Of a stretch of DNA of 64,000 nucleotides, positions 20,495 to 34,739 are shown piece after piece (position 1 is the first letter of the stretch; every line of letters starts with the position of its first letter). The stretch comes from Takakia lepidozioides (taxonomy: Eukaryota; Plantae; Bryophyta). The position numbers were made by a program, and so were the translations under genes. The notes under the pieces are model-generated. The model had not been told where the DNA came from and did no database searches. It saw nothing but the letters and a program-made list of their open reading frames with translations. Location of the stretch: positions 53,072,001 through 53,136,000 of the forward strand of contig CM060734.1 in NCBI GenBank assembly GCA_030704615.1. The letters are read 5' to 3'.

Positions 20495-23400
20495 TGAACT
20501 GTTCTTGAGGAAAGGCAATATTTTGACCTCAGGATCTAATCGCTCGAGCTGACCAGTGTTGCTTTGGTAAAAATGAGCTTGTGTAGTTTCAAACTATCCG
20601 TGTGATAGCATTCAAATTTCATGTAGATTGTTACCTCAATTCAGTGTAGATGATTTTCTCAGCTTGCGCGGCTTACACCTCCAGTAATTATGACTTCAAG
20701 GGCCTTTTCAGCCTCTCGTCCTCATGTCTATCTTCGGGGTTCACTTGCACCGTACTGAGAGAGCATTCAGACCTTGAGCTCACTTCCGCTTGCGAACCAA
20801 ATGCTTGAGTCTTGACTTGTACATGTATGTACCTGTAGTTACAAATCGACTAAGCACTAAAATGTAGACGATGTCCAGGAAGTTTTGTTGGCCCCGTGTT
20901 GATCATTGTCCATGCATCGCCTATGCAGGATACACCGTCCCACACTAATTATGTAACTTAGTACGGGCCAAGCAGAGCCCTTGGCGCTGGCCGGAGCTTT
21001 CGGAATGGAGTGGGACTCCAACATGGAGAACTCTGAGCAGCGAGTAATTGCACGGCGGCCAGCACTTGGCTTCTGACCAGTGACTCTGGATTGGTTATTT
21101 GTTGGATTCTGAAATTTCTACAAGCCTGTTCCTGAATGGCAGTTGCTTAAATTTCTGTGCTCTGCGGTTGAGTACCTAGCTAATTAGACTATCTGTGACC
21201 GGATGTAGGGAATTTCCTGGCCCAGTTAGTTGTTGAGTCCCTAGAGGCCCCTCCTGTTTGTTGTCAGTGCTGCTTAGTAGTCTCGAGATCTATAGCGATT
21301 GGTGAAGAAAATCATTCTTTGTTAATCGATTTCCTCATTATGCAGTCCTGGTCTTTCACCCGGGGACTCGGGAATTGAAGTTCCCTCACTCGGGTTTCAC
21401 TCATAAATAAATTTTGACCAAGCTGTTAATTATGACCCGCACATTGTTGTCCAAATACGTTTGCAGTCCATACATGTGTGCTTCAGTTCTGCAACAAGTT
21501 CCCGTTTATTCCAGGCCGGGCTTTCGGTTTTTGTAGTGCTAGATGATGTGACATTGTGTCATCTCCTATCAATTGTCATTTCTTGATTTGTTCCACCACC
21601 GGCCATATTCTTGGAATTTCTTAGGAGGGGATTATAAGGCTGCAGGCGGTCAGTTGTTGTTGCAGCTTGTATGTGACGATAAGATGCGAACCAGTGTTCT
21701 GCTGAGACAGATCGCTGTATGACCTGCTGCTGCGGACGATACAGACTCATTAGATGTAAGACTGTGTGCAATAAGTTGACTTGTGGAATGTGATTCCCTT
21801 GTGAACGAATGCATCCTTGAGTGTGTATTACTGTTTGAATGAAATTTCATCACTGGACTTGTAGAATGCATGCTAGCTTACAAAAGGGAGAGGTAAATTG
21901 GACGAGTAGTGTGTTTGCGCAGGGTCAGCCCAAGCTCTACTAATGCTGCTTGAATCTAGCCTCTGAAAGCAATCCGAAATTTGTGTGATTCTTGCAGCAA
22001 TCAGAATAATTACCCTCATGTTCCCCTCGCACTACGACTTTCAGGCATTCTCATGGGTATTAATTTATCGAATGGTCTCTGCACTATCTATTTAGAACGT
22101 CATAAACAGGCGACATGACATGCTATGAAGTTTGACGAGTTTATGAATCCTTCTCATTCACATGAAATATGAGATGTCACAGGTTTGTCTCAATGTAAGG
22201 AGTGATGAATACCAGCAGCAAAATTATGCAGAGGCCTCGAATATAAGCAAACAAGAATACCATCTTTTCTGGCACATCTCCCTGACATCCTATGGACCGG
22301 TGTTGTTTCATGGGACAATCAGGTCTGAAGTTAGTCTGCCGAGTATAGCTGAATACAGGCCCTGAGGGTCGTCAAAGAAAGGAGGGGTCAGAACTATCAG
22401 AACTATCCTGTTCTGGTGACCACTTCACAAACATGATGAAAAGCAATCATATCATCACATAAACACGCTGTTGGCACAATCAAACAGTGAAAAGTCACGT
22501 ATCTCATGTAGTTCAAATTTTTGTGGCCAATTTCAGAACAGAAGACTTTGTCATGCACGAAGACTTTGTTCTGGCATTGAACTGCAAGGTAAATCACAAC
22601 GATTGGTTAGGAAATTTTGCACTGAAGAGCTCCATTTCATATATACATATATTTGCTAACTCCTCTTACGTCCACATAGAGAGCATATTCAATTGATTTC
22701 AACGCTGAGCTATGTACTTGTGGGAAACCCCAATTGTACCGCCTGACAAAATTTCCAGGTAGATCTAACTTAACTAACTGATGAGACTCTGAAACTTCAC
22801 ACACTTGGGTTACTGAGTTGTTATTTGGGGGAGGGGCACACAAAGCCCTCAAATGTGTCTAGTAGTTCATGTGCATGTATGCTACTCGACAATAGTGTAG
22901 ACTTCTTTTTATTCCCCCCAGCTTGCTTTACAACTGGTGGTTCTATTTTTCTTGGAGTGTGCAGGTTCCACCAGTCAATCGCATGCAGCAGACATGGAGT
23001 CTGTCCATCAGCATGTGTCCGTTTTCTGTAAGTGGACCAGGCAGAGGCGTATGGTGACATCCTCATCAGCAAAGCTCAGTGCACCTACGGAGATTTTCAA
23101 TTTGCAGTTTGGACAAGAGACAGGACGAAGGTAGGCCATTTAATCATGAGATCCATCTTCTATATACATGATGCAGAAATGGGTCAATCTTGTTGGACTA
23201 CCATTCAACATTGACAAAACAACATACTCATCTATAAATCATTAGTCATAAACAAAGACTTCCCTACAACCAACTCAAACACAACTATGCACAAGTTTAA
23301 AAATTCATTTGGTTCAACATACCCAATTGGATATTGTCTTAGGGCCTTCTCGTCCTTGTCACCATGGACGAGTCCAAGAATGTCTTTCTTGACTTCCTTT

Positions 23401-23547
23401 ATTTGCTATTGGACTGTGAGGAAAATCTTGAAGTCTTAGCTAATGACTGTCATAGTAACAGGCAGTCTCGCCCAGGGGAGGTGTACTCTTTCCGAGATGA
23501 CGCACAAGTACAGGTACCTGTACTTGAGCATTATAAAACCCTTCATA

Positions 23548-26500
23548 TCAAAGCTTGGATGTTGCACGCTTTTTCAACATCCGCAGCATACCTTCTTGGG
23601 CTGTGGATATGACCAACTGCAGGAAAAAGTTCAAGTTGCAATCAGTCAAACAAAGATTCGTTTTCACCACATTTTCATAGTTCAGCATTCTGAACAACAT
23701 AACTTACAATGCTATAGCCAAGGATTCTAGTATAATTTAGGTTTCTTAAACAAGTCGTAAAACGGTTTGAATGGTTTTCTTCTCTCTAGGGTGCTGGCAA
23801 ATGTCTGTGTTCTAAGATGAAGGCACCTTCCACATGTAAGGTCACTTGTACGGTGCCTTACAAGCAGAAGGCTCACACCCTTTCAACAGTTATTTACACA
23901 GGGGGAGGATCTCCACCCTCGGACCTTCCCCCACCTTCGTAACTTCACACTCTGGCCACGGCCCTCATGAAGGGTTCCTCAAAGCGGGGAAGATCCTCTG
24001 GAAGAAACCTAAAATTCAATTTGTTTTGTCGTGTAACAAAAAGAAGAAATACCTCTCCACTCTCTGTGTAACAATGGCCAAATACCAATCCTCGTGCGTT
24101 ACTTGCCCTAGGGCTTTCCTCCTGCAAGGCAAAAGTAGGTGTAAATTATGATGAATCCAGACTTGGGGTCTTTCCACATAGCAATAAAATAGACGTATCA
24201 TTATATGTACCACAAGGACATATGACATTGATCACTAGTCTATGGTCTCAAGAGATGCATGGGTGCTTGTCGATACCCAAGCAATACTCAATAACCACAG
24301 AACATGATGCATAAGTACCCAATGCAGATTGCCATAAATTGATCGCTAGTTGCATGAGATTGATCTAGTCTTGGATACATTACATACACAGGCAATAACT
24401 ATCATCAAACATCATGATAATGTGGCGATTGCCTGCATAGGCGTGAACATCCAGCTCATCATACATCATCAATTAATCTGTCACTCCTGGAAACAATCCC
24501 TGCATGAAGACACTGTGTAGTGCAGTTTTAAGATCAGAAGGCAACATACCACGTAGAGGAACCACTCGTCAGCCCTGAATGGTTTGTGAAACCACATGCT
24601 GCATCATCGTCATCACCCACAATGCTTTTACCCAATACAATGGTAGGTTGCAATGCCATGTTTACATTTCTTTGTCATACAGACAGCAAAGCTGAGCAAA
24701 AGATAGACTGGCACTAGTAACCATCATGCTAATAGAGATAGAAATTCAACCCTTATGTGACAAACAACTTAAGAATTATTCTCATACATGGACAAACTCA
24801 TTTGACTGCACAACCAGGTGCAACGTAGAAAAAAACTGTTTAAGGGCAATGAGAGCATACGAGTGGTCCAGACTGAGTACTTGCATGTCGCCTCGGTTAA
24901 GGCGATGTGGACGCAAGGCTGTCTCTAGAAAAGTCCAGTCTGAAGCATATGCCGCCGCACAGCTGGAAAAGTAGCAGGTGTAAGCTGTTAAGTACCAACC
25001 CTATTCATTTGCAACCATTAGGCTTTCTATAGTTGAAAATTTCTGCAGGGCTGAAGGAAGGCTCATTAGACCACAATTAAACATGCATGGAACTGGACAA
25101 GTACCAAACAAACAAAGAGTCAAATCTTTAGATTAAACTACAACTTTCTCTCCAGTCTACATTTATGTGTTTGATGCTCAATAAACATCAGCCAAACACA
25201 CGACTTAGTGGGAAGGACACTGTCAGAACAGGCACAGAGCCCTAACATCTCTTAGGATCATATGGGCAGAAAAATTAACCGCTGGAGAGCCTGGTCATCT
25301 GAAAGTCTCCCTTTTGCCCGCATCCACACTCTCTGCCTGCAGCAGAACTGTCTATCAGTCACCCTTCCTTTTTCTGATGTGAGGGAGTAAGAGGAGGGGT
25401 AGGGGGGTTAAAAGAGGATTGATTTAACTGCCCCTGAAGGTCAGTGTCTTCCAAAAGAGTAGAGGTGAAAGTGATGAAAAACTCAAGGATGAAAAACTCA
25501 AGGACCTACCGCGGTTCCGATATTTGGCTTGTCACTCTGTCGGCAGGGTCAACGTACTTCAATTCCAGAGGTGTCTGCTTAATTTTGTTGGCAGCCAATC
25601 TCTTCTTCTCTTCCCTAGGAGCATGACAATCACAGAGTGGATGAGTCAGTAAGATAGCATTACCAGATTGCAATCTCCCAATGTCTCACATAACTAAAAA
25701 TTAGCATACATAGTACCTCTTGGCAGGCGAGCCACTTACCAAGGTACGCGAGGATCTGTGTGATGGCTCTGTCGCACTTTCTCCCATTCCTCAACCTGTG
25801 CACTTTTGACAAGAACAAGTTCAATAGAACTCATTGCAGACAGACTCCTATACAGGATATCCACTTTCTTACACTCAGTTACGGTATAGGCACAATCACA
25901 ACACCTGAGCTACAGGGGGCGCACTTGGCATTGGCTCCTGGTGTTCAGGACCTTCCTCAGCTCTCTGCAAACAGCCAATTGCATAACAGGGTAAAGAGAG
26001 CTTGAATTACATCTCAGGGTGGCATCTGTAACCAGATTAGGTTTATGGTATGATCTGCTGTATTTAACTCCAAGCCTCAATTGTGCAGCAAGAACTGTCA
26101 TCACTTCAACAAAGGTTATACCATGACTAAAACTCTAGTGAGACAGTTTTCCACCTACCGGGCTGCAGAGTAGAACACAAGCTCGTGACCATGAAAGTCA
26201 ACTCACTCGACTCTCAGCTTAATGTAGTTGTCAGAGTGACAGCCAGGATGTTTTTTATGTCAATTCATGCTCAGAATAGCAGCTTTGGCTCTTTCTATTA
26301 TCCATCCAGCTTACATGTTTTTATAACCGAGCCACGGACAAAAAGAAAGTTCTTATTTGAAGCGAAGTAGAACTTAACACCACTCTGACAAAAGTACAGT
26401 CACAGCTCACATAGACACTGACCTGAAAAGAAGCATACATGGCAAATATTACGTGGCCTTTTTGGAGGGCTGCGACGTGACGCGTAGCAAAACTATGACC

Positions 26501-29500
26501 ATTACGAGTCCTTTCGACCTTGTATATTATTGGAACTGCAGTTCAAACTCAGACTGTCATTCTTGTATACCTCAAAGTAACCCTGTCCAGGTAGACAATT
26601 AATTTCCAACATCAGCACAGATTTCTGAGCTAATCTTGAATATCCACAAGGACTTCCAACACTGTAAACCTAGCTGAAAGTGTGACTTCATTCTGCACTG
26701 GCTTAGCCAGCTCTCATTCTCTCTTGTTCTTTTACCCTCTCCAACTGAGACAAATATTGAAACAGCGCATTAGATGGATGCCTATCCATCCTAGTCAGTA
26801 CCAATACACAGTGATACCAATACCAGGACCAATACATCAGAATGGGAAGGTTTTAGACAAGTACGTAAAGCATCTCCAGTTCGTAGAAAGTAAGAATGAA
26901 GGCTATGGACTAGGAGCAAAGGATCCACCGACTTGCTGGCAGCTGCTAGAGCCTGCAACATGCACCTTCTTGCAAATGAATCTCCGTGAAGCCTCATTTC
27001 AATCATACAAAAACAGACTTGAACACTGAAGGAGAGACCGATTTAGAATGTATACTAGAGTTGCCCTGCAAGAAGAAACAAAGGAGGGGTCAAAAATGTA
27101 CTTGACCCAGTAGCTGTCCACCAAACACATTTCCCCCAAATGAGGGGAACTCAGGTAATGTGACTGCTCGATAGAGATCAACCTGCCACATCAATGCAAA
27201 AGCTCAGGGACATTACTGTGTTCATTTCTAACTGGTTGCTAGCAGTCCACCCTTGCTAGCAACCTCCTCCCTTCCAGACTTTAATGCCTCCATAGACTGT
27301 ACTACACCTTTCATTTGTGTCTTATTTCTCCTGCCCCCTTCTTGCTGCAGCTCATACCTCTCTCCCCCGACAGCAGCAATGCTAACACATATCTCCAACT
27401 ATCACTCTCCCACTCGAACTCAGACCTCACCTCAATAGTCTCCAGCTGCAAAATACGTTCCAACAGGGAAACCCCAGCTTGGTCTGTTTGTTTTGTCCAA
27501 ATGGAGTTGTACACCAGCAAGTCCGCATGCTCATGACGGAGGATGAAGCACGTTACCTGCCACACAAAGTTTGTATGTTTGGCCAGGGTCGCTAATTTTG
27601 CCAGTGTTCTGAGCAACATGAAGTTGTTGCGACACTACAGAGGATGAAAGAATCAAGAGTCTCTTTTCTGGCAGTTTCAGAAATGCTTTTTATCATACCA
27701 ACATGAAGGCAGATCAAATATCTGGTAGGTGCAGACACGGCTACTTAGTGAGGGAACTACACACACAGCCAGTGAAACCACATCTACACTCTGACCAAGC
27801 TGGCTACAAGACTCTGACAACATATCACATGCAACACATATGCAGGCAGGGATCAGGAATGAACCTCAGCAACTGCAGTAACATCAGCTTTATGAACTTC
27901 TTTTACAGGTCCAGCACAAGCTGCCACCCAACCAATGCCAACTCAGCAATCAGCATCTAAAAACACAAGATGAAACATGTGAGATAAACCAAGGAGGCAC
28001 ATGGACTTCTCTGTCCAGCTTGTCGCGGAATATTGAGAATAAGGAAACCCCAAACATGATATGGTAGGTGAGAGGATGGCTGCAGGCTGCATTTTCAATG
28101 ATGGATGCTGAGTAGATGCACAAAATACTCCTCACACTATGAAAAATCCCAAGTTTGTAGCTGACAACTCCCATTAATCATCTGCTGGCATTCCTGCAGC
28201 CTTGAGACCACAGATAATGATATATTTAGATCTTTCAAGCAAACTGTCACACACAATGCTGCAGGCTGGTGCTGTTGACCACAGGCTTATGGGAAAGGGT
28301 CTCATATGTATGTCCACCTTTCAATTCAGTAGATCCACAGTCTGCAATGATCATGTTAGATCCTTTCAAGCTTGATCCACAGGGTAGATAACCACCCCAG
28401 AACTATTACACTCAATAGATGTTCAAACCCTTTTCCAAAGAAACCTCAAGCAAATCTTGTAACAGAAAACTGACACACAGTTTGTTCATGGAAAGGGACA
28501 GAGCATCATTCATAAACTTACGATATCCAAAATAATCGCCAGGTCCCAACAAAGGCACGGTATGCCCACTAATAGCTCCAGTTGTTGGCATTGAGACTTC
28601 TGCCTGCAGTGAACCCAACATAATATATTATGCATTTATAATCACTTCCTCTCTTACAGTTACTGTTTCTGTTGTGAAGAACCCCTTCCAGTTAAGTTTC
28701 TCTTTTTCCATCCCCATTTTCAGGTTTGTTTCGATCCCTGCTTTGCAACTTTGGTCCTATCCTCAAAATAAAACAGTGAAGTGAGAGTGTGCAAAGACAC
28801 TACATACCTCTCCTTTCCAGAGGATGTAGAGTCCTTCTCCTGGTAAACCCTCTCGCACCAGCACTTCACCTCTTCCTGAGGAGAATGAACATGTCATTGA
28901 AGAAGAAGTATCTCACATACACACCATTCGAGGTTAGAGAGACGGAGAATAGAGAGTAGGAGAGACTTACCAAATTGTATGAGCTTGATAACTTCTGCAA
29001 TCTTCTGAACTGAGGCCCCAGGCAGCTGTTGCAACAAAGGTATTGATCCCAAGAAATCCAACACTGCACTACACCGGACCTGAGAACTGTGAGCAATCTG
29101 CATTTTCCCCTAGAGTGCAACTCAAACTTCCAAGACAAAATTCAAAGACAACTGGGTAGACGCACATAACGACCTTGAATTATGACATTGAAGAGCATCC
29201 CCAAAGTCATAACTAACAGTTGAGCAACCTCTGCCAACACAACTGCAGGAAATTTGCACCTATGAAACCTAATCAGTGTCATGCACTATCTTAATACTTC
29301 TCATCAGTTATGAGAGAGTAAACTGTAATGTCTGAAGCATATCCTTTGAACCCAATCTGCAGTTAATATGTGGCAAATGTGAGAGCATCAAGCTCATGTT
29401 ATCCTCAGTGAGAAGTACTGGCAATTTATGTAAACCTACGCGTAAATTTTGGCCAACCTTGAAACCTTTGTTCATTCAATATGACTGCCGGTTCTATAAA

Positions 29501-30398
29501 CCCACCTCACTAAATGTGGTTGGTCATGTTCCCTCAGTGTGGAAAAGTGGCAAAGTGAGAAGATATTCCCATCAACAGATATAGGACCCTAAGTTGCATC
29601 ACTAAAGCAAGCCAACCTTCAGCATTGAGGACATCTCTGCAATGACCTTCTTCCCCAGCCAGAACAGTCGGAATGTGGAAATCATTTAGACAGCAGGGAC
29701 ATGCTCTTTCTGTAAAATTTATGCTCTTGAAATATAGGGACGCAGCATCTCCCTACAGCTATATAGCACACTCTGCATTACCATGCGCTGTAGAATCTTC
29801 TCCTTCAATACCTTGAGCTACTGAAATCATGAATTCTGAGCATGGCTTTGGAATCCAAAGTCCCTGTGATGATTGTTGGTCAGAAACATCCTGACAGCAG
29901 GCTTACTCTCTTAACGATCGCAGACTAAATAGATAATGGATTATGGACAGATTTTAAAACAGTAGATAGGGTTAGACCCTTTGAGAATTTGCGGACCTAT
30001 CGGGGTGACCTTAAGTCTGCCTTACTGCACTTGTCTGGACCAAGTAAACACCAGAAACCAGTGTAAATTACTGGGAGTCGCAGACCAAGTATATTAAGGG
30101 CAAAATCATAAATTTTTGTCATAATTTTGCAATAGTAGTAGTTCAATTGCTGCTCGCTGATTTCACTCAGCTGCCGGATCACGCAGACCGATTTTCTTGA
30201 AGCAAAGTGCAACAGATGACCATCTTTCGTTCTCCAGATGACGCAGGAAGGGGATAGAAGGGACATGGCCTCGATCCCATCTGTAAGTAGACTGTCAGCC
30301 AAAGCTCTCCACATACACAAATGGACGGACAACGGACCTTTCTGATGCTCACTAAAGGCTTCTTCCGCCATGATGTTGCGTTCCTCTGTCCCCGACAT
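23548..30398 (-). CDS. ACH2: Peroxisomal acyl-CoA thioesterase II (TesB-like) with N-terminal cNMP-binding domain, multi-exon
   Basis: Exons read in order: [20 protein letters not shown] (start exon tentative), [187 protein letters not shown]-stop (PTS1). The symbol indicates family similarity to Arabidopsis ACH2. Confidence 0.9.
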
Positions 30399-31104
30399 CG
30401 TCTCTACTAAGGAATCACCGTAAAAGTAGGAAGATCCGTTCTAAGTATGAATTGAGATGTTCTCTCCTCTTGTTGGTACCCGTTTCTCCCTCTCTCGTGA
30501 AACGCGAAGAAAGTCTTACCTCCTGTCTGAAACCAACCAGTTATTAGACGGGACCTATACTCGTCCTCTCAGGTCAAGTCAGTAAGTCATGAGTCTTCAG
30601 TCAACCCAAACTGAGATAAGCCAACAAACTCAAATTCTTGCGTGTTTCTTGCTTTTCCTGTTCTCTGATTTGTCCGATGCATCAACGTACGCTTCCGTGG
30701 ATGTTCTTAAGTGTGAATCATCTATTTTTGTCTTGCGAATTGTAGTTGGGAAGTCACAGCATTCTTCTGTCTCACCAAGCACAGTTGAAGAGTAATGACA
30801 AGCGTTACGCTGCCAACCTTGTATACTTGATGGCCAGCCTATTGCTACACACAGGTTGCCTCTATCATTCTATAATGCAATTTCTAATGATCGAAGTGAT
30901 GATAGGAAAAAATTGTATTTGTTTCTGGTGCCCAGAATAGGTCATCATCCCCTTTCATCACTATTCTATAGACCTCTTTCGTGGATCAGCTGTTCAGGCT
31001 TCAGGGCGATTTCTGTGGATGCTCTGCAGCAGGCAAAATGCCCATACTGCATAGAGAATGAATGACTAGTGAAAAGCTTGCAATACAATGTCCTAAGCCA
31101 CACC

Positions 31105-31225
31105 ATATCCCTATATCCAACCCTTGGTGAGGTAGATAATACAAACCCCTCTTCAACTTCAACAAAGGAAGAAAAGCATGAAGCATCCTCTACCTCACCA
31201 AGGGTTGCAACTACAGGTAGGACAA
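31105..31225 (-). ncRNA. Candidate MIRNA-like stem-loop
   Basis: Perfect 19-bp inverted repeat (31118-31136 / 31189-31207). On the minus strand the stem extends inward and outward, largely through G:U pairs. Confidence 0.5.
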
Positions 31226-31451
31226 ATAGCAGCACAAGCACATATTTGCACTGTTTCCTCTCTGCTGAATACCTGGGTAGCAATATCAACAAGTCTTAGG
31301 GGCCAAAAAAGCATGTTGGGTGCAGGAATGTGTGATTGGCTCAGAATAGTACACCAAAACGGTCTACTTACTCTTGCTGGTAAGTACACCGGCTTTCACC
31401 TTTCCGTGCTCACCTTTGAGGCAAGACACTTCAGTGTATATGTTCCTCAAT

Positions 31452-34011
31452 TCACCAATAGTCCCCGCAGGAACAAACCCCATCTTGGAAATGGTGAAAG
31501 CGGGTGGCATCCCGCAATACTACTACTCGCCCAACAATTTTTGAAATGAACTTGATAGCAGTGTGGCAATCACCACACACTCTAAGGTTCTTCATAACAC
31601 GGATAGACCTTCCAGGGGGGGTGCTGATAAGGCCAAAGGCAAGGGCCAGCCTCTCACTGTGGTGGCACAGAGTGAATTCTTTTTGCTCGTCTTCCATGTC
31701 ATGCAAGACAAAGCGTGTGTCGGGCATGTACCCAGCCTCCTTCATTGGACCAGACAAATTCATGAGCTCTGTGTGAATTTCCTCAATCTGTGGATGCAGT
31801 TTGTCACCTACAACAAATGCATGCACCCGGTTGTTCACCTCAATACAGCTGCACCCTGGCTCCTTTCTGACACCTCTGTCCTCCATCATTTTTCTCACTT
31901 TTGCTTTCTCGTTCCACCTGCCAGCTGCAGCGTAGATGTTGGATAGCAGGACATAAGCTGCATGATCCTGTGGATCCCATTTGAGTACACAATTTGCAGC
32001 ACATTCTGCTAGATCTACCTCACCATGAATTCTGCAGGCACCAAGGAAAGCCTTCCATACAGCAGCATCTGGTTCGATAGGCATTTTCTGAATGAAATCC
32101 TTCGCTTCATCCAATTTCCCTGCACGGCCAAGAAGGTCCACCATGCAGCCAAAATGCTCCAGTGTAGGTGTGAGGCCATAATCTCGACTAATACACGAGA
32201 AGTAGTAATGTCCCTCGTCCACTAGGCCCACATGGCTACATGCAGAAAGAACAGAAGTGAAGGTGAAACTATCCGGCTTCAGCCCTTCTTGATCCATTTG
32301 TTGAAATACTTGGAGTGCCTGCCTCCCACACCCATGTTCAGCATACCCTGAGATCAGGACATTCCATGAGACTACATCACGTTTACGCATTCTGTCAAAC
32401 ACTTGACGGGCATCCTCTATGCTCCCACATTTTGCATACATGTCCACAAGGGACGTTTCTAAATTGACAGATGATACGATTCCAGCTGAGACGATGTCAG
32501 CATGGATCTGCTGACCCTTTTCAAGGGCTCCTAGGCTGGCACATGCAATCAGAACAGACATGAATGTGATACGGTCAGGCTTCACCCCCTCCTGTTGCAT
32601 TTGCTCATAGATTCTCAAAGCCTCCCTACCCCGCCCAAGCTGAGCATATCCAGCCAGCATTGCATTCCATGAGACCACATTTCGTTCAGGCATATTGTTG
32701 AACACTTGATGGGCATCCTCTATGCTCCCGCATTTGGCATACATGTCTATAAGGGTATTCTCCAGATTTGTGTATGACGCAATTCCATCTGTAATGAGGT
32801 CAGCATGTACCTGCTTGCCCTTATCTAGGGCTCCTAGGCTGGCACATGCACTCAAAACACAAATAAATGTGACCCTGTCAACCTTCACCCCTCCGTGCCG
32901 CATTTGTTCATATAGTTTGAAAGCCTCCCCAGCATGCCCATGCTGCCCATATCCTGCCATCATAATAGTCCAAGTATACATATTTCGTTTAGGCATGTTG
33001 TCAAACACTTTACGTGCATCAAGCACGCTCCCAAACTTGGTATACATATTGATGAGCGTGTTGAGTAGAAACAACTTTGGCTTGAAACCACTCTGGATAA
33101 TGTGGGTGTAAACATGCTTTCCCTCTGTTAGTGCTTTCCTGTTAATGCACTCTTGCAAGAGACAGACACAAGTGTTAGAGTCTGTCTGAACACACAAAAG
33201 GTCCAGCGCCTCTTTCAGTCGTCCCTCTTTACATAGAGTCCTCACATCCCCAGAAGTGCTACAAGAGCTTTTGCTGAGTCCCTGCGTTGGTGTTCTTGCA
33301 ACAGCGGCAGTAAATGTGGAGGTGCCACCCCTCGCACCAGTCTGACGCTCCTGATTCAACCCTGCAGTCCTGCGTGAGTTAAATCTGTCAGTAACACACC
33401 TTACAATTGAGTACAGCAAAGGTCCAACAACCTCCAAATAAGTGCTTCTTTGCAACAGGGCCCTGTTTCATCCTAACGGCTAATGAAACTACTGCAGTCA
33501 CCTATTTGGAGACAAACTTTAGTAACTGAATCTATTTGCGGCGAAGACCTTTCACATCAACAAAATAATACCCAACGTATTCTAGTCCTGGAGGTCCATG
33601 GTGAACATCACCATATTGTGCTCGATCTTGTGTCTTGGCAGTCAGGTCCACTTCCTTGCAGTGCCAGTTTGAGCCACTCTGTATGGAAGTCTGGTGATAT
33701 TTGATTTTTCTGTAAAACCACCATTGTGTAGCTTGTTTCAACAACAGCCTCATAAGCACCAGGCTGCTACTACCCAGCTTCCAATGACCTTGTAGACAAG
33801 CTTCAGCAACCTACTTGGTTGATTTCTCCTTAGATGAGCAGGAAGAACAACCTACATATACCAACAGTAAGAAGCGCTTTTGTAGCTTACAAAGCCTTAA
33901 GTCCTTAGCATCACAAATGGAAATAGCCCACCTTATCCAGCATGTCATCCCACCACTGCGAAGGATCGGAAAAGAACTCCAGCCAGGGTCGATCTACGCT
34001 CATTCCTTGAC
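31452..34011 (-). CDS. PPR gene 3: shortened PDF motif, 11 PLS motifs, E1-E2-DYW; true start not resolved
   Basis: Predicted exons 34011-33932 ([27 protein letters not shown]|gt), 33709-33612 ([17 protein letters not shown].., phase 2) and 33369-31452. Intact [20 protein letters not shown] and CSCGDYW. Confidence 0.88.
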
Positions 34012-34739
34012 CTGCGTGATAGAAACTGCAAGAACACATGACTTTGCCACTCCAATTCTGTCGATCTTAAATTTCAGGAAATAGCTACAGCACATATCTG
34101 ACGCAGACAGTAAGGAACGTACAATCATGCCAAAATCTGCAGAAGATACTGCAGGAGCTTGTGGTGAGGCCACACTGAAAGCCAGGGGGTCACATTTCCA
34201 CTGCCCCATGCCTTTGTGTCACCAGACACTGCATGTCGACCTAGACCTGGCATCCAAGCAGAATCTGGAATCTCGTTTTGAAGCTTCCAACGAGCTCCAA
34301 TCTCCACACTGGAATCGAAAAACCATACTGCCAACCATCCACCATCACAGTGTGCTGGAACTCGTCATGGCAGCTAGCCCCGCTTGAGAGAGAGAGAGAG
34401 ACATTCTTGTCTGGGATATGACCAACTGCGAGTGCAGCGCACACAGATTACAGAATCAAACAAAACGTCAAGAGTTTGCTGCGTTTACCTGGCATTGAGT
34501 TCCCTGACGGCTTCGGATGTGCCATAGCCACCTCTTGCAAATCTTGCAAGGGAGAAAGGCCCCGAAATTTCACGGTGAATGCCCCTCCCAGTCACACATC
34601 CTGCGCCCACAATCTGCTGCCTCTGCGACATCTCACACCTCGCCCAACACCACAAAGCCCTTCCCGTGTGGGCCTCATATTCACGAAGGCGCTTCCAGAG
34701 ATTTCATCCATCACAAATCTTGTGTGGCAAAATAATTCG

